Shown here one piece after another: positions 45,533-56,069 of a stretch of 64,000 nt of DNA. Origin of the DNA: an uncultured Porphyromonadaceae bacterium (lineage in GTDB: Bacteria > Bacteroidota > Bacteroidia > Bacteroidales > Muribaculaceae). The notes under the pieces were generated by a model that saw only the letters and a program-made list of their open reading frames with translations, ran no database searches and was not told the DNA's origin. Numbering within the stretch: position 1 is the first letter of the stretch; each line of letters begins with the position of its first letter. The stretch covers positions 3,672 through 67,671 of the forward strand of contig CAMWVA010000001.1 of NCBI GenBank assembly GCA_947177575.1, read 5' to 3'. The position numbers were made by a program, and so were the translations under genes.

Positions 45533-46807
45533 ATGAATTCCACTGTTAATAGCAGAGGCTTTCTGTCCTGCTGCCATACCATATCGGCAAGATTTAAAGT
45601 CATAGTATTGTTAATGTGTCTGTGTATATCGCTCAGAGCCAATATATTCCATTCGGTATCTGTCGAGAATCATCTTGATAACCACCCGGACACCGTACAC
45701 CACGAAACTATCTTCGAGCATGATCCCGGCACAGCTTCACACTTTGATCTGTTGCCGGGACACTATGAGGAGGAATACGGCTCCTCCTCTCAGGATACCG
45801 ATTCACATAATTGGTGGGAGTTACTGAAGCGTAACCGGCTGAACCTTAATGACAGTACTGTCGAATGGCCTGGATTCTTGCGTTTCTGTCTTGATGTATA
45901 TAAATGGGGTGACGTGACTTTCAATTCATACGACACTACTTACGTTACGGGTACAGGACGCCGGTGGAAAGCACGTCTCACCAGCGAAAACTGGGCTGAC
46001 TCCTACGCCATGCACATAGGTAAGAATATGCCTATACGTATGATGGGAGACATCTATAGTTCCATAGGTGCATATCTGCAATATATGGCTGTAAGTGTAG
46101 GGTACTCTATTGACCTTACACATCTGATTTCCAACAAACCGATTGACCATAAGAAATTTGAGTTCGGTTTCAATTGCGCGCGCTTCAACATCGCTATGTA
46201 CTATCATGAAAATACAGGCGGTACATTTATGCGTAAATTCGGCCGGTATAATGACGGTCGTCTTTTCAAGCTTTCTTTTCCGGGGCTGAGCCTGTACAAA
46301 TTCGGTATCGACGGCTATTATTTCGGTAATAACCGGCGTTACTCACAGGGTGCGGCCTATAATTTTTCGAAATTTCAGAAACGTAGTGCCGGCTCATGGA
46401 TAATCGGTGTATCGTACACTGACCTCAACGTCAATCTCGATTTACGCAAACTCGACGCCCGACTGATGCCATATCTCACTGTCACAGCAGCCGATTACCG
46501 GTTTCACTATAATTCTTACTCTCTACAGGGAGGCTATGGATATAACTGGGTGCTAAATCGCCATCTACTACTAAATCTTACTGTCATACCGGCCATAGGA
46601 CTATCACACTGTTACGAGGATTCACTTGAAGGAACAGGTATGATGACCGCCATATCAGGACGCAGTATGACTTCTCTGACTTACAACAAAGGTGATTTCT
46701 TCGCCTGTCTTATCGGTAAGGTTGATGGCAATTGGTATAAGTCGCATCATTACTCCTTCTTCTCTTCTATCGAGACTCTTCAGGCCAATATAGGTCTACG
46801 TTTCTGA
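45533..46807 (+). CDS. DUF4421-like outer membrane protein
   Basis: YSQGAAYNFSKFQKRSAGSWI; GGYGYNWV; terminal GLRF; start uncertain. Confidence 0.7.
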   Translation: MNSTVNSRGFLSCCHTISARFKVIVLLMCLCISLRANIFHSVSVENHLDNHPDTVHHETIFEHDPGTASHFDLLPGHYEEEYGSSSQDTDSHNWWELLKRNRLNLNDSTVEWPGFLRFCLDVYKWGDVTFNSYDTTYVTGTGRRWKARLTSENWADSYAMHIGKNMPIRMMGDIYSSIGAYLQYMAVSVGYSIDLTHLISNKPIDHKKFEFGFNCARFNIAMYYHENTGGTFMRKFGRYNDGRLFKLSFPGLSLYKFGIDGYYFGNNRRYSQGAAYNFSKFQKRSAGSWIIGVSYTDLNVNLDLRKLDARLMPYLTVTAADYRFHYNSYSLQGGYGYNWVLNRHLLLNLTVIPAIGLSHCYEDSLEGTGMMTAISGRSMTSLTYNKGDFFACLIGKVDGNWYKSHHYSFFSSIETLQANIGLRF

Positions 46808-46809
46808 TT

Positions 46810-48417
46810 ATGGTCTTAATCACCTTCCTTCACACTCCGAAACCGATAGTCATAAGACTGATTCTGTTCATATTTCTATCAAAAGCCTTCGTAGCATTTT
46901 CGGTACCTGAACATAGTCATAAAGATAACGACACATTGTTCAGACAAGGTTATGCACTGATGTCTGAAGGAGATTACGAACAGGCAGCAGAGATTTATGT
47001 ACGTATAGCCTCCGCATACGACCCAAACGCCACTGAAAAGGAACGTTATACAGCTATTAAGGCTTACTCTAATTTAGGATATATCTTTACCTGTGGTTTT
47101 AATAGTCCGGAAAGAGCCTATGGGTATCTGTTACAGGGATTAAATCTGGCCGAAACAGAAGGACAAACCGATTTAGCAGCAGCCATATATGCCAATATGG
47201 GCAAACTATATGCAGATTTCAATGACATACCTAACGCACTGAATTGTTTCAAACTGTCTTTGCAGAATGCTCGTCAGAAAGATACAGCCACAGCTAAGGC
47301 GGTTGTATCAATGGCCTTTACTGATATTGCCAGTATGGCTTTACAACGTGATATTACGGACAGTATAACTTCGTGTATAGACTTGTTCAACGAAATATCG
47401 ACCAGACAAACAGACATATCCCAATACGCTACATCTCTATACAAAGCTGTAAAGGCTGTACAGCAGAAAGACTACGATACAGCTATAGAAATACTGGAAC
47501 AATCGGTACCTGACGGACATACCGGTATAATAGCCGACCGGGATCTATGCAACCATCTTATCACGTTAAGCAGTATTAAAGCTCGCAAAGGAAATACTCT
47601 ACAGGCTATAGAGTTACAAAGACAGGCTCTTGATATGGCCCGTAAAGGAGATATGACAGATTTTCTGCCGCAAATATACAGCTGTATGGCTACACTTTAT
47701 AGCCAAGCAGGCGACCGCATGACCACAGACCGTTACAGATTGCTCGGGCTTGAAGCAGCTGACTCACTTTATTGTGCGCGTGAGTTAGGCAAAATCCAGA
47801 ATATGGCTTCATTATCACGTATCGACACTCTGACACAGGAATTACAGATGGCCGAAGTAGAACTTACCTATCGCCGACGTGTAATATGGATACTTGCTCT
47901 CTGTGCTACTGTAGTATTGATTTTAGGAGCTATATTAACAGTGCGTAGTATACGTCTGAAAAATTCTTACAGTAATCTGGCAAGGATTCATCGTGAGACA
48001 GTAGCAGAACGAGATGTTGAGATAAAATTACGTCAGGAACGCTATAAAGGTCCCGGTGACATCGAAGAACAGCTTAAGACCGTAGAGAAAATTAAAGATG
48101 TCATGGCTTCGCCATCTACGGTATGTAATCCCGACTTTTGTCTTGAACAGCTGGCCACACTAGTAGACAGTAAACCTAAATATGTATCGGCTATAATTAA
48201 CGATACTATGCAGACCACATTCACTCGCCTGCTTTCCGAAGCACGTATCGCCGAGGCATGCCGATTACTTGACTCCGATATCGGACGACGACTCAGTATG
48301 GATAGTATAGCTGAAAAGGTCGGTTACAGGTCACGTACACATTTCAGTGCTGTTTTCAAACGTACCACAGGCCTCACACCAGGGCAATATATGGCCACAA
48401 GGCGTGGTGATGAATAA
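46810..48417 (+). CDS. Membrane-anchored TPR-repeat / AraC-family regulator
   Basis: TPR-like helices, TM VIWILALCATVVLILGAIL, C-terminal IAEKVGYRSRTHFSAVFKRTTGLTPGQY. Confidence 0.85.
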   Translation: MVLITFLHTPKPIVIRLILFIFLSKAFVAFSVPEHSHKDNDTLFRQGYALMSEGDYEQAAEIYVRIASAYDPNATEKERYTAIKAYSNLGYIFTCGFNSPERAYGYLLQGLNLAETEGQTDLAAAIYANMGKLYADFNDIPNALNCFKLSLQNARQKDTATAKAVVSMAFTDIASMALQRDITDSITSCIDLFNEISTRQTDISQYATSLYKAVKAVQQKDYDTAIEILEQSVPDGHTGIIADRDLCNHLITLSSIKARKGNTLQAIELQRQALDMARKGDMTDFLPQIYSCMATLYSQAGDRMTTDRYRLLGLEAADSLYCARELGKIQNMASLSRIDTLTQELQMAEVELTYRRRVIWILALCATVVLILGAILTVRSIRLKNSYSNLARIHRETVAERDVEIKLRQERYKGPGDIEEQLKTVEKIKDVMASPSTVCNPDFCLEQLATLVDSKPKYVSAIINDTMQTTFTRLLSEARIAEACRLLDSDIGRRLSMDSIAEKVGYRSRTHFSAVFKRTTGLTPGQYMATRRGDE

Positions 48418-48467
48418 CAGCAAAAGTAACAATATACATTCAGAATACTCGATATAATACAGTTTTC

Positions 48468-48540
48468 TGTCTGTTTTCTTCATTTCAGACAATCCTGAAC
48501 GGCTCAGAAGTAACTTTTCGACATTGTTTATATAATTTTG
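48468..48540 (+). promoter_or_regulatory. Promoter of the LRR gene with an upstream inverted repeat
   Basis: TGTCTG-N12-CAGACA (48468-48491) and TAATTTTG (48533-48540). Confidence 0.5.
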
Positions 48541-48610
48541 CAGCGTAATTATTTTTACTCTTTTCGGTTATTACCTGCCAAAGATTATTCATTCACATAA
48601 CCTATATGAT

Positions 48611-50719
48611 ATGAAAAGATTTCTACTTCTGACCACAGCCCTTACAGCCATATCTCCGATATGGGCCTTGACAGTCGATGTCCGGACAGCCGGCACATTA
48701 CCCGAACTTATCGGTGAGAACAAGTATGACATCACAGAGCTCACTCTGACAGGTGAACTCAATGGTACCGATATACGGTTTTTGCGCGAAATGGCTGGCA
48801 GTGATGTTTCCGGAGCAGAGACAGAGGGCCAACTCAGTTCTCTCAACATGGCACAGGCCGTAATTGTACCCGGCGGCGATTCCTACTTCACTTCGGCAAC
48901 TTACGGCGATATGTTTACCGAACAGTCATATATCAGTCCGTATATGTTTTTCGGTTGTACAGCTCTTACTGATTTCACCATGCCTGAAGATGTGGAGATT
49001 CTGGGTATGGCGGCTTTTACAGGATGTCCCCTCAGTGAATTCGGTTTCTCACCTGTGCTTAGAGTAATAGGACCGAATGTATTTGAAGGTTCAATGCTCA
49101 CAGAGGTAATATTACCTGAAAGTGTGACCGAAATATGGAATCTGGCTTTTCGTGGCAGTTCTCAGTTGCGTAGAGTTACTATAGGAGCTGAAGTATATGG
49201 CATAGACCTGCCTTTCTATGATTGTCCGGCACTTGAAAGTATCACTGTATCTGCTGATAATCCTTATTTTCGTGATATTGATGGTGTGCTTGTAAACAGC
49301 GAATACACTATTATACAGTATCCTAATGCAAAAGCTTCCGACTACATCATACCTGACGAAATAGAAGCCATCGGCACTAACGCCTTCACTGGATGTAATA
49401 ATCTTGAAAGCATAACTTTCGGTAGTGATTTGCTGACTGTAGGTGAGCGTGCTTTCGAGCGTTGTGCCTCCTTACGCGATATTACGTTCAACGAAAATAT
49501 ACTTGAAATTCTGCCCTACGCTTTTCAATGGTGCGAAGCTCTCAAGGCTGCTATTTTTCCAGACTCTCTTTATGAAATAAGAGAAGGAGCATTCACTGCA
49601 TCAGGTATAGAAACTCTGCGTCTCGGGGAAGGCCTATATTCAATCGGCAATAATGCTTTTGCAGACTGTGGCAACCTCACTACAGTTGTTTTTCCATCAG
49701 TGCCATTACATGAAATGGGAGAAGGTGTTTTTGCTCGTTGTCACAGTATGATAATCAACGATTTTGGTGGCCTTACCTACATACCGCCCTATACCTTCAC
49801 AGACTGTGCGGCGCTGACAGATATAAAAATCCCCGACACCATAACAGAAATCGGTGAAGGAGCGTTCTCAAATTGCACAGGTATTGAAACTATCGATTTC
49901 GGTAATGGAGTCACTTCTATAGGTGCCTACGCTTTAAGTAATTGTACAGGACTGCGTGAATTTAACGTACCTGATCAGGTGACTTATCTCGGTGACGGTG
50001 TAGCCAGTAACTGTATAGGCCTTGAACGTATAAAGATAGGCAATGGTGTACCGAGTCTTGGCAGTTGGATGTTCTGCTATTGTGCTTCATTAACAGATGT
50101 AGAACTCGGCGATGGTCTAACTTCCACCGGAGAAGGTACCTTCTCCGGATGTGATGCTCTGCAACATGTAAAACTTGGAGCTAACATCACTGATATAGGC
50201 GATTTTTGCTTTGGTTACTGCTATCAGCTTTCTGAATTTGATTTTCCTGAAGGTATAGAAAGAATAGGTACATATACGTTCTCAAGCACACCATTATCTT
50301 CAATTACTTTACCTTCGACACTCGGAAATCTCGGAAGCGGAGCATTCGCTTACTGTCAAAATCTTACCGAAGTACGTTGTGAAGCTACAGAGCCTCCGGT
50401 ATGCGAATGGGGTGTATTTAACATGATTCCGGAAGATGCGACTCTCATAGTACCCGAAGGTTCTTTAGAGGCATACCGTGAAGCTGAAGAATGGAAAAAC
50501 TTCTTCAATATCGAAACCGGGGTAAAGATGTCAATCTCTGACGGAAGTATAAAGATTGGTAAAGGTTTCGCAGACGTACCGGAAGGCATATCCTGTACAG
50601 TCTACACTACCGACGGACGTAAAGTAACACACAGTGATAACGGTGGACGTATCTATCTACCTACAGGGCTTTATGTTATACGTACAGCTACTGCAGCAAG
50701 CTGTATAGCTATAAAGTAA
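48611..50719 (+). CDS. BspA-like leucine-rich repeat (LRR_5) surface protein with T9SS-like C-terminus
   Basis: Signal peptide; many L..I.IP..VT.IG..AF..C repeats; VPEGS..AY..A..W..F cap; VYT.DGR...GLYVI. Confidence 0.9.
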   Translation: MKRFLLLTTALTAISPIWALTVDVRTAGTLPELIGENKYDITELTLTGELNGTDIRFLREMAGSDVSGAETEGQLSSLNMAQAVIVPGGDSYFTSATYGDMFTEQSYISPYMFFGCTALTDFTMPEDVEILGMAAFTGCPLSEFGFSPVLRVIGPNVFEGSMLTEVILPESVTEIWNLAFRGSSQLRRVTIGAEVYGIDLPFYDCPALESITVSADNPYFRDIDGVLVNSEYTIIQYPNAKASDYIIPDEIEAIGTNAFTGCNNLESITFGSDLLTVGERAFERCASLRDITFNENILEILPYAFQWCEALKAAIFPDSLYEIREGAFTASGIETLRLGEGLYSIGNNAFADCGNLTTVVFPSVPLHEMGEGVFARCHSMIINDFGGLTYIPPYTFTDCAALTDIKIPDTITEIGEGAFSNCTGIETIDFGNGVTSIGAYALSNCTGLREFNVPDQVTYLGDGVASNCIGLERIKIGNGVPSLGSWMFCYCASLTDVELGDGLTSTGEGTFSGCDALQHVKLGANITDIGDFCFGYCYQLSEFDFPEGIERIGTYTFSSTPLSSITLPSTLGNLGSGAFAYCQNLTEVRCEATEPPVCEWGVFNMIPEDATLIVPEGSLEAYREAEEWKNFFNIETGVKMSISDGSIKIGKGFADVPEGISCTVYTTDGRKVTHSDNGGRIYLPTGLYVIRTATAASCIAIK

Positions 50720-50724
50720 GTTAA

Positions 50725-50788
50725 CTTTGTAGACAGTTACAGCCGCGTATCCGAAATTTCGGACACGCGGCTGTAACTGTCTACAAAG
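50725..50788. repeat. 64-bp near-perfect palindrome (probable terminator or cruciform)
   Basis: CTTTGTAGACAGTTACAGCCGCGTATCCGAAA|TTTCGGACACGCGGCTGTAACTGTCTACAAAG; 32-bp arms with one mismatch. Confidence 0.85.
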
Positions 50789-50928
50789 GATTCATAGCGA
50801 CTAAATATCCTATATACAGATACATTCTTCTAACGACGAAAGGCAACTCAATAATAGGCATTGACTAATAAACGTTACGGATCGCAATAGTAAAAACTAT
50901 TGCGACTATTACTTTAATAAATTTCATG

Positions 50929-51762
50929 TTACTTTTCCGGCTGCAAAGGTCCATAGAAGTACGATGCTGTAGCGCCTCCGTCAATAAGGAAATCTGCACC
51001 TGTTATGAAGGCTCCTTGAGGACGCATCAGCAGTTCGGCTACATTGGCTACTTCATCCGCCGTGCCCGGACGTCCTGCCGGACATTTGGCAAACATATTC
51101 TTATAGAAATCGCCTCGTGGACCATTGAATTCGTCGATAGCAAGAGGCGTGACTATGATACCGGGAGAGATGGAATTGATACGCGCTCCACGCTCACCCC
51201 ATTTTATCGCCTCTGCCATAACTCTCTTAACATTACACCTTTTTGCCATCTGATAAGCATGAAGGGTATTTTCGATATTTTCCGGCTGAAGCATCGGAAG
51301 CGAGAGAAGTTCCTCTGTTGGAGTCATAGCAAGGAGTCGGTCTTGTTCAGGAGTAAGCGCAGGCATACGATGACCCGACTGGCTTGAGATGGTCACTCCG
51401 GTACCACCTTCCGCTATAACCTTTCCCACCTCTTCAAGCAGCACGGCTGTTCCATAGAGGTCAACTTTGAGAATAGCCTCGATAGGAGCCTGTGAGGGAG
51501 AAACGCCCGCCGCATTGACCAGCATGGTGATGTCGCCATATTTCTGCGCTTCGGCAATGATCCTCTTTATTGAGTCACGGCTCGAAAGATCCATTTCCAT
51601 AGCGACAACATCAAATCCAGCCTTGTTCATAATATCGGCTATTGCCTCGGCATTGTGGATATTTTTATCACCAATAACTATCTTCATGCCGTAACCCATC
51701 CGTCGGGCTATCGCCATACCTATCTGACCGGCACCTGCCAGTATCATTACATTTTTCCTCAT
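50929..51762 (-). CDS. SDR family oxidoreductase
   Basis: GAGQIG, NAAG, catalytic YQMAK, INSISPG, ITG..LIDGG. Confidence 0.92.
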   Translation of the reverse strand: MRKNVMILAGAGQIGMAIARRMGYGMKIVIGDKNIHNAEAIADIMNKAGFDVVAMEMDLSSRDSIKRIIAEAQKYGDITMLVNAAGVSPSQAPIEAILKVDLYGTAVLLEEVGKVIAEGGTGVTISSQSGHRMPALTPEQDRLLAMTPTEELLSLPMLQPENIENTLHAYQMAKRCNVKRVMAEAIKWGERGARINSISPGIIVTPLAIDEFNGPRGDFYKNMFAKCPAGRPGTADEVANVAELLMRPQGAFITGADFLIDGGATASYFYGPLQPEK

Positions 51763-51767
51763 AAGCC

Positions 51768-52202
51768 TTACATCATAGGAGGGAAACAGGTATAGACGAA
51801 ACGCTGCTCACGTTCGGCAATCCACCAGCGGCCGTCAATCTTGACATACTTGTCATAGTACCGAACTGCCATCATGGAGAGTTTGTCAACTCCTTCTACC
51901 TCATTTACAAGTGAAGCAATTGCGTAGCAGATACCTGTGGCATGAGTGTTATCAATAAAATCAACGACCTGTTGTCCATTCTGGTGGAACGAAGCCTTGG
52001 CAGAGCCAAACGCCTTATACTGCGCAATCATATCTTCCACTGAGGAAATATCCATTCCGAGCTTATCACCGAAATAAACTTTCAGTTTGATGTCAGGGCG
52101 GAAAATCTCCACATAGTAATCCTGATTATTCTTGTCACTTTCTGTTGCGTAACGGTCAACAAGATCCTTGAGCATCACGCGGTCTGCTATTCTGGTATCC
52201 AT
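51768..52202 (-). CDS. SnoaL-like / NTF2-fold protein
   Basis: DR..L.DLVDRYA; H.NGQ; ATG..Y; RY.D.YV..DG.W.IA.R. Confidence 0.8.
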   Translation of the reverse strand: MDTRIADRVMLKDLVDRYATESDKNNQDYYVEIFRPDIKLKVYFGDKLGMDISSVEDMIAQYKAFGSAKASFHQNGQQVVDFIDNTHATGICYAIASLVNEVEGVDKLSMMAVRYYDKYVKIDGRWWIAEREQRFVYTCFPPMM

Positions 52203-52324
52203 ATTTTGTATTTATTTTTGTGTTCTATTATTATAACGCAAAATTACAGCGTTTTACACTTATAAAACTTTTCAATATACCGCCAATAATTGCACAATTC
52301 CACGAAAGTTATTAACTTTACACT

Positions 52325-53152
52325 ATGGTAAAGCATCTGCACGAATTGATTGTATACTCCGAGGAATTGAATCTTATAAACTCTCCGGCATTTTATGACT
52401 GTGTAATACATCTGATATGTACGGATGGAATATGCAGTTTCAGATATAATGAACGACTGTTCACGATGTCAGTAAATGACATTGCGGTAATCTCACGTCC
52501 TCAATTGGTTACCGAAATTAAGCCTGAAGATGATTGTAAGTGCGAATATATTGCCGCTCCTGATAAATTTCTTCACAATCTTCTGCCTGCCAACAATTAC
52601 TCCATTCAAGGATGTGTAAGCCTGTTTGACAATCCTATAATAAAGGTATCCGATATAGACGCCTCACGTTTCAGAACTGACCTTGCCAACATTAGAAATC
52701 GCCTCAACAATATAGACCACCGTTTCTATCAGGAATTGATGGGAAGCCTTTTGCAGACTATGGTTTATGATCTGTTTGACTTTCACGCTAAGACAAACGA
52801 CAATATTCTGACTACTGACAGAGTAGGATATATCACAGCCCAGTTCTTCACGCTGATTGAGGGAGGGAGACCGAAGACTCAAAGAGAAGTATCTCATTAT
52901 GCCGCACAGCTTCATGTAACCCCGAAGTATCTGTCGGATACGATAAAGCGTGTGACCGGAACCAGCGTCTCCACACATATCAATAATGCCGCTACAGCGA
53001 TTGCTTTGGAATATCTTAAAAACAGTAACATGTCTGTTTCTCAGATTGCCGATGAAATGAATTTCTCATCGCTGAGTTACTTCAGCCGCTTCTGCGTGAA
53101 ACATATCGGAATGTCGCCAATGAAATTCCGGACTGCCGGTGCTAAAAATTAA
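52325..53152 (+). CDS. AraC family transcriptional regulator
   Basis: YAAQLHVTPKYLS; IADEMNFSSLSYFSRF. Confidence 0.92.
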   Translation: MVKHLHELIVYSEELNLINSPAFYDCVIHLICTDGICSFRYNERLFTMSVNDIAVISRPQLVTEIKPEDDCKCEYIAAPDKFLHNLLPANNYSIQGCVSLFDNPIIKVSDIDASRFRTDLANIRNRLNNIDHRFYQELMGSLLQTMVYDLFDFHAKTNDNILTTDRVGYITAQFFTLIEGGRPKTQREVSHYAAQLHVTPKYLSDTIKRVTGTSVSTHINNAATAIALEYLKNSNMSVSQIADEMNFSSLSYFSRFCVKHIGMSPMKFRTAGAKN

Positions 53153-53268
53153 TGCTGACCGAATACCTTTGATATAGGAATTTTTCCAACTGGGTATTGA
53201 TCATGCTCACCTCTTCGAAGGTCAACTCTATTGAAATAGAATCTTGTCAATATTAGTAAAGTGCTTAA

Positions 53269-53703
53269 TCACGTACCTGAATGTAAGTTTTCATATATTT
53301 TCTTTAGGAAGCTGATTCCATTCTCATATTCTTCCTCGGTCATTCCCTCTCTTCCTTTCTGAGTAGCCATATTTATGGCATCAGCTATTTTCTGACGGTT
53401 TTCAATAGCTCTTTTAGTCAGGAAGATACCGTTCTTAGATCCGGAAACTGCTTTGCGGATTATGAAACCGTTCTCCTCAAGAGTATTAAGGGAACGGCTT
53501 ATGGCTGCGCGGTCCTTGCCTACACGTCTAGCTATATCGCTCTGGCTTTGTCCGTCTTTGATAAACAGATTCTGCAATATGACAAACTGGGCATGGTTAA
53601 GCGGTAGTCCCACACTGTGCAATGAACGGTTAAGTTCTGACACAAGAGAGTTGAAGGCGAAATCAAGCCATACTCCCAATAGATCATATTCCGGTCTTTT
53701 CAT
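53269..53703 (-). CDS. MarR family regulator
   Basis: QFVIL..L...DGQSQSDIA....D.A.ISR.L..LE..GFI.R. Confidence 0.9.
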   Translation of the reverse strand: MKRPEYDLLGVWLDFAFNSLVSELNRSLHSVGLPLNHAQFVILQNLFIKDGQSQSDIARRVGKDRAAISRSLNTLEENGFIIRKAVSGSKNGIFLTKRAIENRQKIADAINMATQKGREGMTEEEYENGISFLKKIYENLHSGT

Positions 53704-54566
53704 TTGATTTCCCTTTTTAGAAATTCAATAAATGTCGTTGGAGTCCTTTTGAGAATAGCTGACGCAGTGAATGCGCTACCGCAAAAGTCTCCGTTGTTAT
53801 AATGGTGAAACATCTTTATAAGTGTGTCTATCGAGTATTCCGGGGCATTTCTTTCTGACATTGATTTCCGGATCTCGTCATCAGAGATATACTTCAATTC
53901 AATCTTTTGTCCCATAACTTTTTCTATAGCCGAAAGCATTTCCAAAACTGAAAGATTCTGAGGTCCGCATAGTTCCAGTGTAGAATATTGATATTTGCTG
54001 TCAAGAGCAATTTCAGCTACGCAGTTGCCGAAGTCTCTGACATCTATCAGATTTATTCGGTTTACACTGTCACGTCCGGTAAAAAACTTCTGAATAAATA
54101 CCTTATTCCCTATTAAAGCCTCCTTAGCATTAAATATATTCTGCATGAAAGGCGCCGGCTGAACGATAGAATAGATAAGACCGGAATCAACAAGTGCCCT
54201 CTCAACTTCAAGTTTCTTACGGTGGTGAGGCAACTCAAGCTCAATGGAATGGAGAACTGACTGATAGATAAATCTCCTTATTCCGGCTTCCTTTGCGGCT
54301 TTAATAGCCATTTTACCTATTTCGGCTTCATCTTCACGTGCTGTAGGACATATATAGTAAACTACCTCCATGTCTTTCATTGCTGAAAGCAAGTCAGTGT
54401 AAGATGCTATATTACCTATAGCTGTCTCTGATGCTCCGAGCCTGAGCATTTCATCGGTCTTTTTATCTGAATGTATCATTGCTCTGACCTCGATACCTTT
54501 TGAAGCCATTGCCTTGACAACTGCCTTTCCGGTCAATCCGGTTGATGATGTGACTAATATCTTCAT
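53700..54566 (-). CDS. NmrA-family NAD(P)-binding protein
   Basis: MKILVTSSTGLTG; H...E..L..SGL.Y.IVQP..FMQN; 4-nt overlap with marR. Confidence 0.85.
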   Translation of the reverse strand: MKILVTSSTGLTGKAVVKAMASKGIEVRAMIHSDKKTDEMLRLGASETAIGNIASYTDLLSAMKDMEVVYYICPTAREDEAEIGKMAIKAAKEAGIRRFIYQSVLHSIELELPHHRKKLEVERALVDSGLIYSIVQPAPFMQNIFNAKEALIGNKVFIQKFFTGRDSVNRINLIDVRDFGNCVAEIALDSKYQYSTLELCGPQNLSVLEMLSAIEKVMGQKIELKYISDDEIRKSMSERNAPEYSIDTLIKMFHHYNNGDFCGSAFTASAILKRTPTTFIEFLKREIK

Positions 54567-54667
54567 GTTGAAAATATAATAAATTTAGAATCCGTTATGT
54601 TGATATATCAACAATTTTAATTCTTCCTTTGTTTATTAGTCAGAAACAATTTAACTGAAGACAACTT

Positions 54668-55669
54668 ATGAAAATAATTGCATTAGAAGAACACTTGTCA
54701 AACAAGACCATTGGAGCAGCTGTGGCAAAGACCATCCAAAAAGTGTATCCCTACGCACAACAGTTTATGCACCCTGCTCCTGCGGATGCTCCAAGCGTAC
54801 CTGACCTGTTTGAGTTGGGAGAAAAACGTATCGCAGAACTTGACGAAGCCGGTATCGATATGGAAGTAGTATCATACACAAACCCGACGCAATGGCTTAC
54901 GGGAGACGAAGCCATAACACTCGCAAAGCAAGCCAATAATGAGCTTTCTACAGCCGTGAAACCTTATCCCGACCGATTCCGTGCATTCGCGACATTACCC
55001 TGGAACAACCCTATAGCTGCGGCTGACGAACTACGGCGTACTGTGAATGAACTCGGCTTTGTCGGTACACTCATTTCCGGACGTCCTCAGACAGGGAATG
55101 TGTTTCTTGACGACAAGATGTATTATCCCGTATGGAAGACGCTGACAGAACTTGACTTACCTGTGTATATCCATCCTAACTATACCTCCGTCGATGCAGT
55201 CAACTCATATTATAAAGGTCTCAACGACCAACTCGATACCATTCTTAGTACATACGGCTATGGCTGGCACTATGAAGCGGGAATACAGGTTATCCGAATG
55301 ATACTCGCCGGAGTTTTTGAGAAATTCCCGACATTAAAAGTCATCTCCGGGCATTGGGGAGAAATGGTACCGTATTTTCTCTATCGCCTCGATCAGATGT
55401 TCAAGCCTGAGGTTACAGGACTCTCAGATACAATTTCAAACATCTATAAGAAACATGTCTGGATTTCGCCCAGCGGGCTCTATGACAATGATGCGCTACA
55501 GTTCTGCGTCAATAAACTCGGTATCGACCAACTCGTTTTCTCGGCAGACTGGCCATACGTACCGATGACAGATGCCCGTACATTTGTAGATAATGCTCCC
55601 CTTTCCGATACTGACAAAGAAAAATTCAGTCACCTCACAGCCGAGAAACTCCTTCACATCACACCATAA
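54668..55669 (+). CDS. Amidohydrolase_2 family protein (aromatic-acid decarboxylase/ACMSD-like)
   Basis: IALEEH, YIHP, GHWGE, FSADWPY metal motifs. Confidence 0.88.
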   Translation: MKIIALEEHLSNKTIGAAVAKTIQKVYPYAQQFMHPAPADAPSVPDLFELGEKRIAELDEAGIDMEVVSYTNPTQWLTGDEAITLAKQANNELSTAVKPYPDRFRAFATLPWNNPIAAADELRRTVNELGFVGTLISGRPQTGNVFLDDKMYYPVWKTLTELDLPVYIHPNYTSVDAVNSYYKGLNDQLDTILSTYGYGWHYEAGIQVIRMILAGVFEKFPTLKVISGHWGEMVPYFLYRLDQMFKPEVTGLSDTISNIYKKHVWISPSGLYDNDALQFCVNKLGIDQLVFSADWPYVPMTDARTFVDNAPLSDTDKEKFSHLTAEKLLHITP

Positions 55670-55691
55670 TTAACGATAAATTTGAAGCCGG

Positions 55692-56069
55692 TTATTTACG
55701 ATTGGCTGGTTCCATATTTTTACGATGCTCGATAATCGTCTTCATATTCTTCTGTGCCCATTCGGTCAGTTCGAGTATTATCGGTACGAGTGAGCGACCT
55801 GTATCGGTAAGCGAATACTCCACCCTCGGAGGTACTTCCTGATAGAACGTGCGTAGTACAAGACCGTCAGCTTCGAGAGTCTTCAGTGTATTCGACAATA
55901 CACGTGATGAAATATCAGGTATCTTGCGTCCAAGCTCATTATAACGTATGGGCTCGTTTTCACTAAGGACAAGTATCACCAGCAGTGCCCATTTGTTGCC
56001 GAAACGTGCTACAACGTTTCTTACAGGACATATCTCAATTATCGAATTAAGCTGTTCTTTCTTTCTCAT
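55692..56069 (-). CDS. HxlR-family winged-HTH regulator
   Basis: CPVRNV....GNKW; L..LEADGLV.R....VPPRVEYSLT; TAACTTTG at 56091-56098 supports this start. Confidence 0.9.
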   Translation of the reverse strand: MRKKEQLNSIIEICPVRNVVARFGNKWALLVILVLSENEPIRYNELGRKIPDISSRVLSNTLKTLEADGLVLRTFYQEVPPRVEYSLTDTGRSLVPIILELTEWAQKNMKTIIEHRKNMEPANRK

